A DNA stretch of 64,000 nucleotides from the human T2T-CHM13v2.0 reference genome, Homo sapiens (GCF_009914755.1 NC_060928.1); one strand, 5' to 3'; positions 43,777 to 58,245 are shown, counted from the first letter of the stretch. Program-made: numbers and translations. The notes: generated by a model not told the origin, from the letters alone.

Positions 43777-44850
43777 TGTGTTTCTCATCATCCTGAAGCA
43801 GCTGGATTGATAGAATGGTGGAATGAAGGCCAACTAAGTGACAAAGTTTGTAGGGCTGGGGCAAAGTTTTCCAGAAAGCTGTGTATACTCTCACTCAGAG
43901 TCCAATATATGGTACTGTTTTTCCCATAGCCAGGATTCACAAGTTCAGGAATCAAAGGGTAGAAGTGGAAGTGACACCACTCGTTATCATCCATAGTGAC
44001 CCACTAGCAAAATTTTTCCTTGCTGTTCCTGCGTTCAGCTTGCCTAGAGGTCTTAGGTCCAGAGGGAGGAATGCCGCCACCAGAAGACACAACAATGATT
44101 CCATTAAACTGGAAGTCAAGATTGGCACCTGGAAACTTTGGGCTCCTCCTACTTCCAAGTCAACAGGCTAAGAAGGGAAATACAGTGTTGGCAGGGGTGA
44201 TTGACTCCGATTAACAAGATGAAACCAGTCTACTACTTCACAGTGGAGGTAAGGAAAAGTATCCATGGAATACAGGAGATATCTTAGGGCATCCCTTAGT
44301 ATAACCACTCCCTGTGATAAAGGTCAATGGGAAACTACAACAACCCAATCCAGGCAGGACTACATATGGCCCAGACCCTTCAGGAATGAAGGTCTGGGTC
44401 ACTCCACTAGGTAAAAAACCATGACCAGGTGAGGTGCTTGCTGAAGGCAAAGGGAATACAGAATTGTCAGTAGAAGAAGATAGTTATCAATACCAGCTAT
44501 GACTATGTGAACAGCTGCAAAAACAGGGACTGGAATTGTCATGAGTATTTCTCCCTTATTTTGTTAAGAATATGTGTGTGCATGTTTACAGTTGTACTAA
44601 GAAAATATCTTCATTTTATTTCCTTTCTTTTTCTTTTATCATGTGAGATAAGATTTATTGACTTCATATCAGCATTTAAGTGTTGTTAGATGTATGTAAT
44701 ACAATTTAGGTTAGAGATTAGTTCGCTTCCAGTTGTATGAAGGATAGATGTGTTATGCTAGGCTAATTTTGACCACATTATTTTACTTATTTGGGCACTA
44801 AGTATGATTTCAGGAGAGGTGTATTGGTTCAAGTTGACAAGGGGTGGACT
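43777..44850 (+). pseudogene. ERVL internal 3' remnant: integrase C-terminus and dUTPase
   Basis: HHPEAAGLIEWWN, SPIYGTVFPIARIH, LEVLGPEGGMPPPEDTTMIPLNWK...VLAGVID; PPT ACAAGGGGTGGACT before the LTR. Confidence 0.88.
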
Positions 44851-45421
44851 CGTGATGGTTAATATTAAGTGTCAGATAGATTGGATTGAAGGATGCTTAG
44901 ATAGCTGGTCAAGTATTATTTCTGGATGTGTCTGTGCAGGTGTTGCCAGAGGAGATTAATGCTTGGGTGAATGGACTCAGAGAGGTATACTCATCCCCAA
45001 TGTGGGTCGGCACCATCCAATTGGCTGCCAGCAAGGCTAGAACAAAGCAAGTGGAAGAAGGTGGGGTAAGCTGATTTGCCGAGTCTTCTGGCTTTCATCT
45101 TTCTCCCATGCTAGATGCTTCCTGCCCTTGAATATCAGACCCCAGATTCTTCTGCCTTTGGACACTTGGACTTATGCCAGTGGTGTTTGCCAGGAGCTCT
45201 TGGGCCTTCTGCAACAGAATGAAGGCTGCATTGTTGGCTTCTCTACTTTTGAGGCTTTGGAACTCGGAATGAGCCACTACTGGCTTGCTGGCTCCTCAGC
45301 TTGCAGGTGTCCTCTTGTGGGACTTCACCTTGTGATAATTTGAGTCAATTTTCTTTAATAAATTCCCTTTCATATATGCATATATCCTATTAGTTCTGTT
45401 CCTCTGGGGAAACCTAATACA
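44851..45421 (+). mobile_element. MLT2B 3' LTR of the ERVL remnant
   Basis: (C)GTGATGGTTAATATTAAGTGTCA...GGGAAACCTAATACA. Confidence 0.88.
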
Positions 45422-45699
45422 CTCTATAACTCACCAGAAACATATTTTTAATGGTTCAGTCTCTCCAGAGGGAGATTTTCTTCCAGGCAAGATAATGCTT
45501 GTAAAATTACTTTCATTTTTAAAAGCTAGTTCTGATATCAACACTTTTAAAAGACCAATTCTAAGTGTGGATACAACTTAGAGATCAAACCACTGTAAAC
45601 ATAGGTTAGGCAAGAATTGTGCTTTACAGCATGTAGACTTTAATTGAAATAAAATTTTCTCCAGAAAAGAATTTTCAGTTTCTTTCCTGTTTTCTTCCT

Positions 45700-47119
45700 A
45701 TTTTTATTTTAGGTTATTTTAAAAGTAAAAGACAATAGACATGTGCAGGTTTGTTACCTGGGTATATTGTGTGTTGCTGAGGTTTAGGTTATAAATGATC
45801 TCATCTCCTAGGTACTGAGCTTAAGTACCTACTGAACTAAGTACCTAATATTTAGTTTTGCAATTCTTGTCCTCATCCTCTGGTAATATCCAGATTCTAT
45901 TGTTGTTATCTTTATAGCAATGTGTTCCACTGTTTAGTTCCCATCTCTATAAGTGAGAACAGACAGTATTTGGTTTTCCATCCCTGTGTTGATTCACAGA
46001 AGGCCTCCAGCTGCATACATGTTACTGCAATGAACATAATTTCATTATATTTTATGGCTGTGTAGTATTCCATCGTGTACATGTGACACATTTTCTTTAT
46101 CCAGTCTACTGTTGATGAGCATTTAGATGATTCTATATTTTTACTCTTGTTAATAGTGTTGTGATAAGCATACATGTGCATGTGTCTTTATGGTAGAAAA
46201 ATTTACATTCCTTTGGAAAATATCCAGTAATGGGATTGCTGGGTTGAACGTTTAATCTGTTTTAAGTTCTTTGATAAATCACCACAGTGCTTTCCACAAT
46301 GATTGGACTAATTTACATTCCCACCAGCAGTATATAAGCACTCCCTCTCTCTGTAACCTCACCAGCATCTATTGTTTTTTGACTGTTTAATAATAGCCAT
46401 TCTGACTGGTGCAAGATGGTATCTCATTGTGGTTTTGATTGGCATTTCTCTAATGTTTAGTGATGTTGAGCATTTTTTCATATGCTTTCTGGCTGCATAT
46501 ATGATTTTTATTTTTTAAGTTTCTTTTCATGTCCTTTGCCCACTTTTTAATAGGGTTGTTTGTTTTTTGCTTGTGAATTTGTTTAAGTTCCTTGTAGATG
46601 CTAGATATTACACCTTTGTCATGTGCATAGTTTGCAGATGTTTTCTCCCATTCTGTAGGTTGTGTGTTTACTCTGTTAATAGTTTATTTTCTGTGCAGAA
46701 TCTCTTTAGTTTAATTATGACACATTTGTTGATATTTTTCTTTTTGCAATTGTTTTTGACATCTTTGTCATGAAGTCTTTGCTTGAGCCTATGTCCAGAA
46801 AGGTGTTTCCTAGGTTATTTTCCAGGGTTTTTATAGTTTTAGGTTTTATATTTAATTATTTAATCCATCTTGAATTGATTTTATATCTAGTGTAAGGAAG
46901 GGGTCCAGTTTTAATCTTCTGCATATGGCTAGCCAGTTATCCCAGCACTGTTTATTGAATACGGAGTCCTTTCCCCATTGCTTGTTTTTGTTAATTTTTT
47001 TGAAGATCAGATAGTCATAGATGTGCAGCATTATTTCTGGTCTCTCTATTCTGTTCCATTAGTCCATGGGTCTGTTTTTGTACTGGGATCATACTGTTTT
47101 GATTACTGTAGCCTTGTAG
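45700..47119 (-). mobile_element. 5'-truncated L1PA13-16-age element
   Basis: ACATGTGCAGGTTTGTTACCTGGGTATATTG 3'UTR; ORF2 remnant to TTACTGTAGCCTTGTAG. Confidence 0.85.
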
Positions 47120-47876
47120 TTTTTTAATGAAGTTGTTTTTTGCTTGTTGATTTGTGTTGGTTCCTTATAGATTCTTGATATTAGATTTTTGTTGGATAAG
47201 TAATTTGTTAATGTTTTTCTTCCATAATGTAGGCTGTCTATTTTCTCTGAGAATAGTTTATTTTGCTCTGTGGAAGATGTTCAGAACAATAAGGTTCCAT
47301 CTGTCAGTTGTTTATTTTGTTGCAATTCCTTTTGAGGACTTAGTCATAAATTTTCCCAAGACCAATGTCTAGAAGGTGTTTCCTAAACTTTCCTTTAAGG
47401 TTATAATAGTTTGTGGTCTTCCATTTAAATATTTAATCCATCTTGAGTTAATTTTTGTATAAGGTGAAATGTAGAGGTCCAGTTTCATTCTTCTGCATAA
47501 GGCTAGCCAGCTATCCCAGCAACATTTATTGAATATAGAATCCTTTCCCCATTGCTTATTTTTGTCAAGCTTGCTGAAGATCAGATAGCTGTAGGTGTCT
47601 AGCTTTTTTTTCTGGGTTATTTATTATGTTCCATTGGTCTATGTGTTTGTTTATGTACCAGTACAATGCTGTTTTGGTTACTGTAGCCTTGTAATATAGT
47701 TTGAAGATAAGTAGTGTGATGCTTCTGGCTCTGTTATTTTTGCTTAGGATTACTTTAACTATTTTGGCTTTTTTTTGGTTCCATGAACATTTTAGAATAG
47801 CTTTTTCTAGCTGTGTGGAAACCACAGTTGATAGGTTAAAAGGAATAGTGTTGAATCTGCAGATTGATTTAGGCAA

Positions 47877-50267
47877 TGTATTAGTCAATTCTCACACTGC
47901 TAAAAATCACATACCCAAGACTGGGTAATTTATAAAGAAAGTAAGGTTTAATGGACTTGCAGTTCCACATGGCTGGGGAGGCCTTACAATAATGGCGGAA
48001 GGTGAAAGAGGAGCAAAGGCACATCTTACATGGTGGCAGGCTAGAGCGTGTGCAGGGAAATTTTTCTTTATAAAACCGTAAGCTCTCATAAGACTTATTC
48101 ATAAGTCTCATAAGACTATCATGAGAATAGCAGGGGTAAATCTGCCCCATGATTCAATCACCTCCCATGGGGTCCCTCCCACAACATGTGGGGAATTATG
48201 GGAGCTACATTTCAAGATGATATTTGGGTGGGGAAAGAGCCAAACCATATCATTCTATCCCTGACCCCTCCCAAATCTCATGTCCTCACATTTCAACACA
48301 ATCATGACTTCCCAACAGTCCCCCAAAATCTCAACTCATCTCTGCATTAACTCAGAAGTCCACAGTCCAAAGTCTTATCTGAGACAAGGCAAGTCCTTTC
48401 CACCTATGAGCCTGTTAAATCAAAAGAAAGTTAGTTACTTCCTAGATACAATGAGGGTAAAGGAATTGAGTAAATGCAACTGTTCCAAATGGGAGAAATT
48501 GGCCAAAACAAAGGGGCTACAGGCCCCATGCAAGTCTAAAACCCAATAGGGCAGTCATTAAACATTAATGTTCTAAAATTATCTTTTTTGACTCCACTTC
48601 TCACAGCCAGGTCATTCTGATGCAAGAGGTGGGTACCCATGGTCTTGAGCAGCTCTGCCTCTGTGGTTTTGCAGGGTAGAGCCCCCTCCTGGCTGCTTTC
48701 ATAGGCTGGCATTGAGTGTCTGTGACTTTTCCAGGCTTACAGTGCAAACTGTTGGTGAATCTACGATTCTGAGTTCTGGAGGATGGCAATCCTCTTCTCA
48801 CAGTTCCACTAGGTAGTGCCCCAGTCAGGACTCTGTGTAGGTGTTCCCATCCAACATTTTTCTTCCACACTGCCCTAGCAGAGGTTGTTCATGAGGGCTG
48901 TGTCTGTGTAGCAAACTTCTGCCTGGACATTCAGGCATTTCCATACATTCTCTGAAATCTAGCCAGATGCTTCCAAACCTCAATTCTTAACTTCTGTGTA
49001 CCCATAGGCCCAACACAAATTGTAAGCCACCAAGGCTTGGGGCTTGCACTGTTTGAAGCAACAGCTGAGCTCTACATTGACCCTTTAAGCCACTGCTGGG
49101 AGGCAGGGCACCAAGTCACGAGACTGCACAAAGCTGTAAGGCCATGGGCCTGGCCCATGAAAACATTTTTTTCCTCCTAGACCTCCAGCCTTGTGATGGG
49201 AAGGACTGCCATGAAGAAAAGCCCTGGAGACATCTTCCCCATTGTCTTGGTGATTGACATTTGCTTCTTTGTTACTTATGCAAATTTCTGCTGTGGGTTT
49301 GAATTTTTCCTCAGAAAAATGGATTTTAATTTTCTATCACATTGTCAGGCTGCAAATTTTCTGAACTTTTATGCTCTCCTTCCCTTTTACACATAAGTTC
49401 CAATTCCAAGTCATGTCTTTGTGAAATAATGAAACAATACTTTTAAGAGCAGCCAAGTCACATCTTCAATGCTTTATTGCTTAGAAATTTCTTCTGCCAG
49501 ATACCCTAAATTATCTATCTCAAGTTCAGATTTGCACAGATCCTAGGGCAGGGGCAATATATCACCAGTCTCTTTGCTAAAGCACAGCAAGAATCACCTT
49601 CCCACCAGTTCACAATAAGCTCCTCATCTCCATCTAAGACCACCTCAGCCTGGACTTTATTGTCCATATCACTATCACATTTTGGTCAAAGCCATTCAAC
49701 AAGTATCTAGGAAGTTCCAAACTTTCCCAAATCTTCCTGTCTTCTGAGGCCTCCAAGTCTCCAGGTATTTCCAAACTTTCCTATATTTTCTTATCTTCTT
49801 CTGAGCCCTCCAAAATGTTCCAACCTCTCTTTGTTTCCCAGTTTCAAAGTCACTTTCACATTTTTGAATATCTTTATATAGGTGTCCCACTACCCAGTAC
49901 CAATTTACTGTATTAGTCTGTTCTTATGTTGCTAATGAAAACATACTCGAGACTGGGTAATTTATAAAGAAAATGAGGTTTAATGGGCTCACAGTTCCAC
50001 ATGAGTGTGGAAGCTTCACAGTCATGGCAGAAGGTGAAGGAGCAAAGGCACGTCTTACATGGTGGTGGGCAAGGACGTGTACAGGGTAACTGCTCTATAT
50101 ACAACTATCAGATCTTGTGAGACTTATTCACTATCATGAGATCGGCACAGAAAAACCCACCCTCATGATTCAATCACCTCCCACTGGGTCCCTCCCATGA
50201 CACATGAGGATTATGGGAGCTACAATTCAACACGAGATTTGGGTGGGGACACAGCCATACCATATCA
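47877..50267 (-). mobile_element. Complete THE1D-like element (LTRs 47877-48252, 49909-50267)
   Basis: Paired LTRs, THE1-int, TSD GGCAA/GGCAG. Confidence 0.92.
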
Positions 50268-51382
50268 GGCAGTATGGCTAAGTATATTGATTCTTCCAAT
50301 CCATGAGCATGGAATGTTTTTTCATTTCTTTGTGTCGTTTGTAATTTCTTTTAGCAGTGTTTTGTAGTTCTCCTCATAGATATATTTCACCTCCTTGGTT
50401 ATATGTATTCCTAAGTACTTTATTTTATTTTTAGGCTATTTTAAATGGAATTGCATTCTTGATTTGGCTCTCAGCTTGAACGTTATTGATGTATAGAAAT
50501 GCCATTGATTTTTGTACATTTGTTTTGTGTCCTGAGACTTTACTAATGTTGTTCATCAGTACCAGGAGACTTTCAGCAATCTTTAGAATTTTCTAGGTAT
50601 AGAGTAACACCACTCACAAAGAGAGATAGTTTAACTTTCTCTTTTTCTATTTGGGATGCAGGGTGTTGATCAAGCAAGTCTGCCTACAGGTCCCCCAGTT
50701 GCAGGCACAAGCAACAGTGCTGAAGGAGAATCCAGTTGGTTCTCAAACACCCAGAAGAGTGCCTAGGCATGGAGCTGGGAAACTTTCTTTGCTCCAAATT
50801 CTCTGTATGGGAATGGCCGATGGACTAAGTTTCTATTTCAGGAGAGTGGGTGTTCCAGATTCCTGGATATCTTCCTGTGTATCAGAGAGGACCTCCCTAC
50901 AACAGGATTTCTGCACAGGAAAGCTGGGGTGGCTCAGGCTGCCGATCCAGACGAGCTGGTGTTCCAAATGCCTTTAGATCTGCCTGGGTATGCAGAAAAG
51001 AGGGCATTACTGAACCAGGATATTTGCACAGGAAGGATGAGGCAGGTCAGGTTGCTGATCCCAGTGAGCCAGTGCTTCAACTACGTGGATATTTGCCTTG
51101 GCATGGAGAAAAGAGTGCCTTGCTGCACCATGATGTGTGCCCAGGAAGGTAGGATGACTTAGGCTGCTAAACAAGGCAAGCAGGTACCCTGAATGCCTGG
51201 AGATCTGCCTGGGTGTTGAGTAAAGAGGGCATCCCAGTACCAGGTCCTCTGCACAGCAATGGTGGGGCCGCTAAGGCTGCTGATCCAGATAAGGTTATAT
51301 TCCAAATACCTGAAAATCTGCCTGGGCATGAAGTACAGAGAATATCCCTGCACCTAGATTTTTGTATAGAAAAGGTTGGGTG

Positions 51383-51644
<262 letters not shown>

Positions 51645-51649
51645 GAAGC

Positions 51650-51740
51650 AAGGAAGGAAGGAAAGAAGGAAGGAAGGAAGGAAGGAAGGAAGGAAGGAAG
51701 GAAGGAAGGAAGGAAGGATGGAAGGAAGGAAGGCAGGAAG
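51650..51740 (+). repeat. (GGAA)n microsatellite
   Basis: 12 consecutive GGAA at 51668-51715 within a ~90-bp purine tract. Confidence 0.95.
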
Positions 51741-52999
51741 GCTGCTGATCTAGAGAAGCAAGTGCTCCTAGTTCTTGGAGATCTGCCTGGGCATGGAATA
51801 GCTAGGGCCCCCCTTGTAGTAGGATCTCTTCACAAGAGGAATAGGGCAACTTATGCTGCTGAACCAGGCAAAGAGGTGCTCTGAATACCTGGAGATCTGC
51901 CTGAGCATGGAGTGGATAAGGCCCTGCTGCAACACAACCTCAGGTGAGCAGGCCAGTGTGCGCAGAAATGGCACACACAGACCGGTTCTGGGTCAACAAG
52001 CCAGTCATGACTGCGAGTCTTGCTGCCCAGGAGAAACTGCAGCTGTAGCAGCTCTCCGGCCACCCCAAGCTTATGTTGCGGGAGATCAGAATTCCAGCAC
52101 CTACTGCTTAGCAATTTTCTACTGTTCTGGCTGGGGAGGCCCCTCTTGTGTTTTACAGCAGGTGTGCCAATCTCTGGCCCAAGACTGAAATTCCTGAGGT
52201 CACCAAAGAATGGCTGGCTTTGTATACATCTGGATTAAAAATGGCATCCTGCTGTCAGTCCTGGGTCTTGGAAAGTGTCTGTAGCTTTATCCAGTGTCTT
52301 TCTCTTACAGAGTTTCTAAGCCTATCCGTAAGTTAGCTCCAGGGCTTGAGAGATATAAAATATTCTCTCTTGGTCTGGGCGCATTGGATCTCCACTAAAG
52401 GTGAGTCACAGAGGGGAGATCTCTGCCTCTCTCACATTCATGGGCTTTATTCACTTTTATCAGCCAGACACTGTAATGTGGGCTGTTTGCAGGCACTCTC
52501 CTCTCTGGGATCAGGAGTGTCCTTCATGATTTCTTGTGGATTCTTGTTTTCCTTCTTGAATTAAAGCTCACAGAATTGATCTTCATGCACTATCTTGCTA
52601 TTTCCAAGTGGCTGAGGCATGCTAAAAGCCTCTAATCCACCATATGGGAAAAGGAAATCCAGTTTATTAAATACAGATTCCATGTATATTTGTTTGCATT
52701 AATTTGTTAAAATCAGCAACTAGAACTGACACATTTTTGTGATAGTAATAGATGCAGCAGCAGAAATGATACTTTCAAATGAAAACTTGAAGATGACATT
52801 GTGTTATATTGTCATTTATGTGTCAAATATATATTCCTACACCGTCTGAATAATAGATAATGAAGCAAAATATATACCAAAGTAGTCAAAGTGGCATGTT
52901 AGTCAGAAAAGTATTACATTATAAATATATCACTTTCAAAATCCACTTATTCAAATATTTACTGAACATCACTATTATTATAGGGAAGAAACTATCCAT

Positions 53000-53480
53000 T
53001 TTTTTATTCGTCCTTCTGAAAAAAAGAACTGTAATTTGGATGGAAGCCGCAATGTGGCCAGCTGAAAAAAGCATTTCCTAGTCTCTGTTCATGGTGATAA
53101 AGTAATGCAGATATGACTACTGATATAGATTTAAACAGAAACCATTAAATAGTGATTCATTCTCCCAAAAGCTCCATAAAAGTAGGTAGTAGGAAGGTGG
53201 AAGAGTCAGTTGGCATGCATTATTTTTTAATTTTTCTTCCTCCTTCTTCCCACTTGGAATACAATTATGTTACTAGAAGACGGTAGACTTTTATGGTCAT
53301 GAGGACAAGAGCCAAGCCTTAGAAATTATGAGGCAGACATCTGATACTATCATGACACTTACTTGAACAAGCCTTGGGAAGCTTACCTACATGATGGCAT
53401 GTTCTCCTGGTCTTTAGGGAGTTTAAGCCACTCCAGAATGATTCTCTAATATGTGAAACTGAACCAGTCCTAAATAGATA
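53000..53480. mobile_element. LTR33-like ancient LTR
   Basis: GCAATGTGGCCAGCTGAAAAAAGCATTTCCTAGTCTC; very diverged. Confidence 0.45.
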
Positions 53481-55827
53481 TGACCTGTAAAGCATTTGCA
53501 ATAGTTATTGCTCTCTAAAGCTTAAAAAAATGTTAGCTTTTAATAAGTTTTGCAAATGTCCATACAGATGAACTCAGAAGGTCCATACGCTCTCTTTTCT
53601 GAATCATCTGTCTGTATAAAATAACAGGAGTGATTTTTCCATACAGCAAAGATGATAAAACAAGTTAGTAAAGAAATAAGGTCAAATAATATTTATTTAT
53701 AATTGTCATATGGTTTAATAATGACAGTACAATTACGTATACAGTTTTGGTAGTACAATTAAAACCCAAATAGTCCTAATCTCAAAAATTCTAATAGTCT
53801 ACTTTAGGATTTTCTTTTTTCACTCAGACATATAGGCTACATTTTTTTCTCTATGTAATGTTTAGTTTGTATGATTTTTTAATCAACCAATCCTTAACTA
53901 TGTATTTTCTATTTTACAACTACAGACATGTGGATAATGGGTTAATGTGAAAGTTACTAACTGTTAGTTCCTTGGATGAATGTCTTGGTACAATTGCCCT
54001 GGTAGGCCTTCATTATACTAATGCCAGAGACAAATGGACGTGTGCATTTCGACTATCTTAGTAATATGCCAATTACCACAGTAAAGAAAGTCTGTGTTGA
54101 TCCGATTCAGTCATCAGGACAGCAAGACTTTTGTGCTCTGTCAATTTTCTTTTGGTATATTAACCCTGCTTTTTTAACTTTTAAACTAATTCTGGTTCAT
54201 TTTATCATCTCGTGCAACCAGGGGCTTGCTTTTGTTAGCAAATATTCTAGCATTCTTTTGGAGACTATTGCCAAAAGTAGTCCACAAAAGCAGACATCAG
54301 ACAATTTTACAAAAGTAGAACATCAGAAAGTATTTGCAGGTATTGGAATTAGGAGAAACTCTGTTAAATGTCATTGATATTTTATTTGCTTTTAGAAATG
54401 AATTTATCAAACTGGTAAATAATTATACAGTTAAAATGCTGACAGCGTTGTGTCAGGGTAACACATAAGGATTCTCTTTGATAATGATTTTTTTTTGGTC
54501 TGATAAGAAAAACTCAAAAAGCCGTCATACACTGTTACTTTGCTAAAGGTTTAAAAATAAGAACTCTGGATCACTCAATGGCTTCATGAGGCAAAAAGCA
54601 GAGACAGGGTTATCTTTGTCATTCAGGCAGTTGAAAGTGCAGAGTAATCAAGCAGGTACAGAGGCACACAGTTCTGCCTAATTTTACCACTAATCCTTTT
54701 CAGTAATCTCCTGAATAATTCCCCTCATTTACATTGCTCAAAGTACCCAAGGACCTAATGCTTCTGAGCCTGAAAACACATATGCCTGACACTTTAGAAG
54801 GAAGGAAACTGCAGTCTCTGATTTGCTTTTATGTGCCTTAAGCCTCATTTTCCCTACAATGTTTGCAATAGGCAGTATATGTGATAAAAATTGCAAAGGA
54901 TTTGATTGTATAATAAATCGCAACATTTCAGGAAATTAAATATTATTTAAGAAATAAAAATTAAATGCAGAGGTAAAAACATGGAATGCTTTTGTTGCTA
55001 AAGTTCATGTGACCTTGAATACAGATGTATACGGAATAGGTCAAGAGTTCAGATTAAAGAGCTTAATGCAGACCATTTTTATTGTAATACAACATTTACT
55101 TAAAGAAAGTAAACTGAAGTAACAAAATTCAAAACTTGCAAAGCCAGAGGCTTTCCCTTTTGTATAAATGTATAAAGCATCTACAGATAATTTTGTTTAA
55201 CAAGGAGATGTCAGGAATGAAACCAGGAAGCTAAGCTGAGCAACAAAACAGGTGTTAAATAGCTGACTAGTCATATTAAAATGATTGTGTCCACTTGATT
55301 TTAAAATTCTGCAATAAAAATTTTCATTAAAAATTTCATTCTGTATATGATGTTTTATCATTTATCCAAAAAATATGTATTTTTAGGTAATAAAGATGAA
55401 CTCTGTGTGTGTATGTGAATTTCTGAAAGGTGTTATTTAATTCAATTGGTGCCCATTCAACATCATCTCTGTGAGTAGGTTTTAATCATTCTTGTTATCT
55501 GTTTGTGCACACAATCTTATGTTTATTGGATAAAAATTCAAAATGGCTGGGTATCATCTTTTTCAGTCTTCCTCCCATCTCCCATTTTTGTCTCCATTAT
55601 CCTTTTTGCCAGTGATTCTCTTCTCTTCATTGTATATGTTAATAAGGAGTACTTTGCATTTACATATGATTTAAGGGTTTACACATATGAGCTTGTTTTC
55701 ATAAAAATAAAAATTTTCTTTTCCTCATATGCTATCGTCAATTTTAGGGTATGCTGTCCTCAAAAGTGCGAATGGGTGAGTTGAATCTCAGTAGAGACAG
55801 TTCTTCCTGCAATGTACTACAATACAT

Positions 55828-56070
55828 TGTATTTGACATTTAGTCGGACACTGCATATATGTTCTTGTATTTGAGGAAGGCAAGAAACATCTTTTTATTG
55901 TACATTTATTTTGGTGGTTTTCACACTGTGCAGAAGCTTGAATATTAGCTCCTTTTCTTTATCTATTTTAATAATAACAAAAATTCAACCAGTAGAACTC
56001 TGAAATGCTGTGGAGACCATAAAATTAATCAGTAGAATTATATTTGCCTATAACTTCATTAGTTCAGTTC
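55828..56070 (+). repeat. Copy A of a ~245-bp local duplication
   Basis: Aligns to 57251-57387 + 57692-57795. Confidence 0.92.
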
Positions 56071-56239
56071 TCTAAAAGGAGACTACTAGCACCTGATCAT
56101 CTTTTCTGAATAATCCTTGTTTTATTATTTAACTTGCTAAAATGAAGGTTTTCACTGTACTGTCATTGCAGTGATGTGATTGATGGTAATGTATGTGGAC
56201 TACACTGTGTTTCAGAAGAATAATTTCTTTGTTTTCAAA

Positions 56240-56460
56240 TTTGTTTATTTACTTATGTTCTGTTGGCTGATAACATTGCTTTGTGTACAACATGATGTTT
56301 TCAAGTATATGTATGCATAAAATGGAATCATTAAATCAAGTTAATTAAAATGTTCATTACCTCATGGTTATTGTGGTGAGAACATTTAACATTCACTCTC
56401 CTAGTTGGCAGTTGTCAGGAAAAAAATAAATCATTAATTATTATAGTCACAATGCTGAAA
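56240..56460 (-). mobile_element. L1MA 3' end fragment
   Basis: TGTACAACATGATGTTTTCAAGTATATGTA...TGTGGTGAGAACATTTAA. Confidence 0.7.
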
Positions 56461-57250
56461 AATAAGAGAGCAATTTTAATGTCATTCAGCATGGGAGTGT
56501 AGGGAAAAGTGATGGCTCTCCTTTGGTTTATGAAAAATCATAAACTAAGTTAGAGTTTAAAATGTATGCAGTTGATGAAGTTTAAAAATCACATGATAAA
56601 TATTTCTTCAATCAATAGCACTGTTCATTCACTAGCTAAATGTAATCTACTGGCATGTGTTCAAAGTATATTTTCAGAATATAAAAGTATATGATGCAAA
56701 ACATATATACTGTAAACAGCCATAAGCAATACAAAATTCATGACTTTTTATATGTTACACTACTATGATCAAGTTACTCCCTAAAAGTAATACTTTTTTC
56801 ATTAGAACACTTAAATATACATTTTTGATATTTTCTTGATAAACAATGTTCAAAGTGATTGACTTATTATCATACATTTTTTTGTAGTATATATGCTTAG
56901 CTTACTCATCAATGATTTTATATTTATAGTTGGCATAGATGCTTACCATTGAGTCAAACATTTAGGGTTTGTTTCTCTATTACCTTACTAATTATCTCTC
57001 TAACTTAGATTAGTTATCAATGAAATATTAAAGATATGTCTGCAGTCAAGCCCTCTAAGAGCGTAAATGTATTTTTATTTTTTTAGTTAAAACTAGATAG
57101 ACAAGTATAATTAACTCCTCACCTTTGTAAAGGTACCTTCAGGTATTATTTAAATTATAAAATTTATTTAGAGCCTCGACAATGTTAAGGTGGCATGCTT
57201 ATTCCACTAGTATAAAGAAAATGGCAAATACATATATTTTGCTATTAAAA

Positions 57251-57795
57251 TGTACTTGGCATTTAGTAAGACAGTGCATATATATCCATGTAGTTGAGGA
57301 AGGCAAAAAACATCTTTTTATTGTACATTTATTTTGATGTTTACACTTTGCAGAAGCTTGACTATTAGCTCCTTTTCTTTACCTATTATTATTATTTATT
57401 TTTCAGATGGAGTCTCACACTGTCGCCAGGCTGGAGTACAGTGGCGCCATCTCGGCTCACTGAACCCTCCACCTACCGGGTTCAAGTGATTCTACTGCCG
57501 CAGTCTCCAGAGTAGCTGGGACTACAGGCATGCACTACCACACCCAGCTAATTTTTTGTATTTTTAGTTGAGATGGGGTTTCACCATGATGGCCAGGATG
57601 GTCTCGATCTCTTGACCTCATGATCTGCCTGCCTCAGCCTCCCAAAGTGCTGGGATTACGGGCATGAGCCACTGTGCTAGGCCTACCTATTTTAAAAATA
57701 ACAAGAATTCATCCAATGGAACGCTGAAATGCCTGTGGAGGATACAAGATTAATCAGCAGGATTATATTTGCCTATGACTCCATTAATTCAATTC
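57251..57795 (+). repeat. Copy B of the ~245-bp duplication, split by AluSc
   Basis: TTGAGGAAGGCAA.AAACATCTTTTTATTGTACATTTATTTTG shared with copy A; match resumes after the Alu. Confidence 0.92.
57388..57683 (-). mobile_element. AluSc
   Basis: TGTCGCCAGG and GATCTCTTGACCTC diagnostics; TSD TACCTATT at 57380-57387 and 57684-57691. Confidence 0.92.
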
Positions 57796-58245
57796 CAGAC
57801 CCTACTTATGGGTCTAATGTCCTTTATTAGGCAATGTAGGAGATTCCTATACTTCTAATAAAGTAATCTTTTTCCATTTAAATATCTTTGCTTTTTATCA
57901 GGCAGTATGTATTTCCACAAAGTTAATTCAATGAAATACACCTAAAGCTGAGAGTCTTATCTCGTTAATGAATGAAAAATAGAAATCAATTATTCTGAGA
58001 TGAGATTCTTCCTATAATTTTTATTAGTTGTTGTGAAATGGTACATGGGTTTGTCTTGAAGATATGATGATGTATTAATTCTTAATATTGAATTAAATGC
58101 TTCTGAAGTAGAGATGACTCTCTTTGTCATGGAGTTACAGTTGTTTGATTAAATTGCATTGAATTTTGAATGTTAATGTTATATATTAACTTAAATGAGA
58201 TTTTCCAATATAAATACTCTGTGAACCTCCAGCCTTGTGTTTCTT

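Noticed and set aside
54021-54377. 118-aa ATG ORF in unique sequence
   Set aside because: No recognisable homology, domain or exon context; cannot be supported without conservation data.
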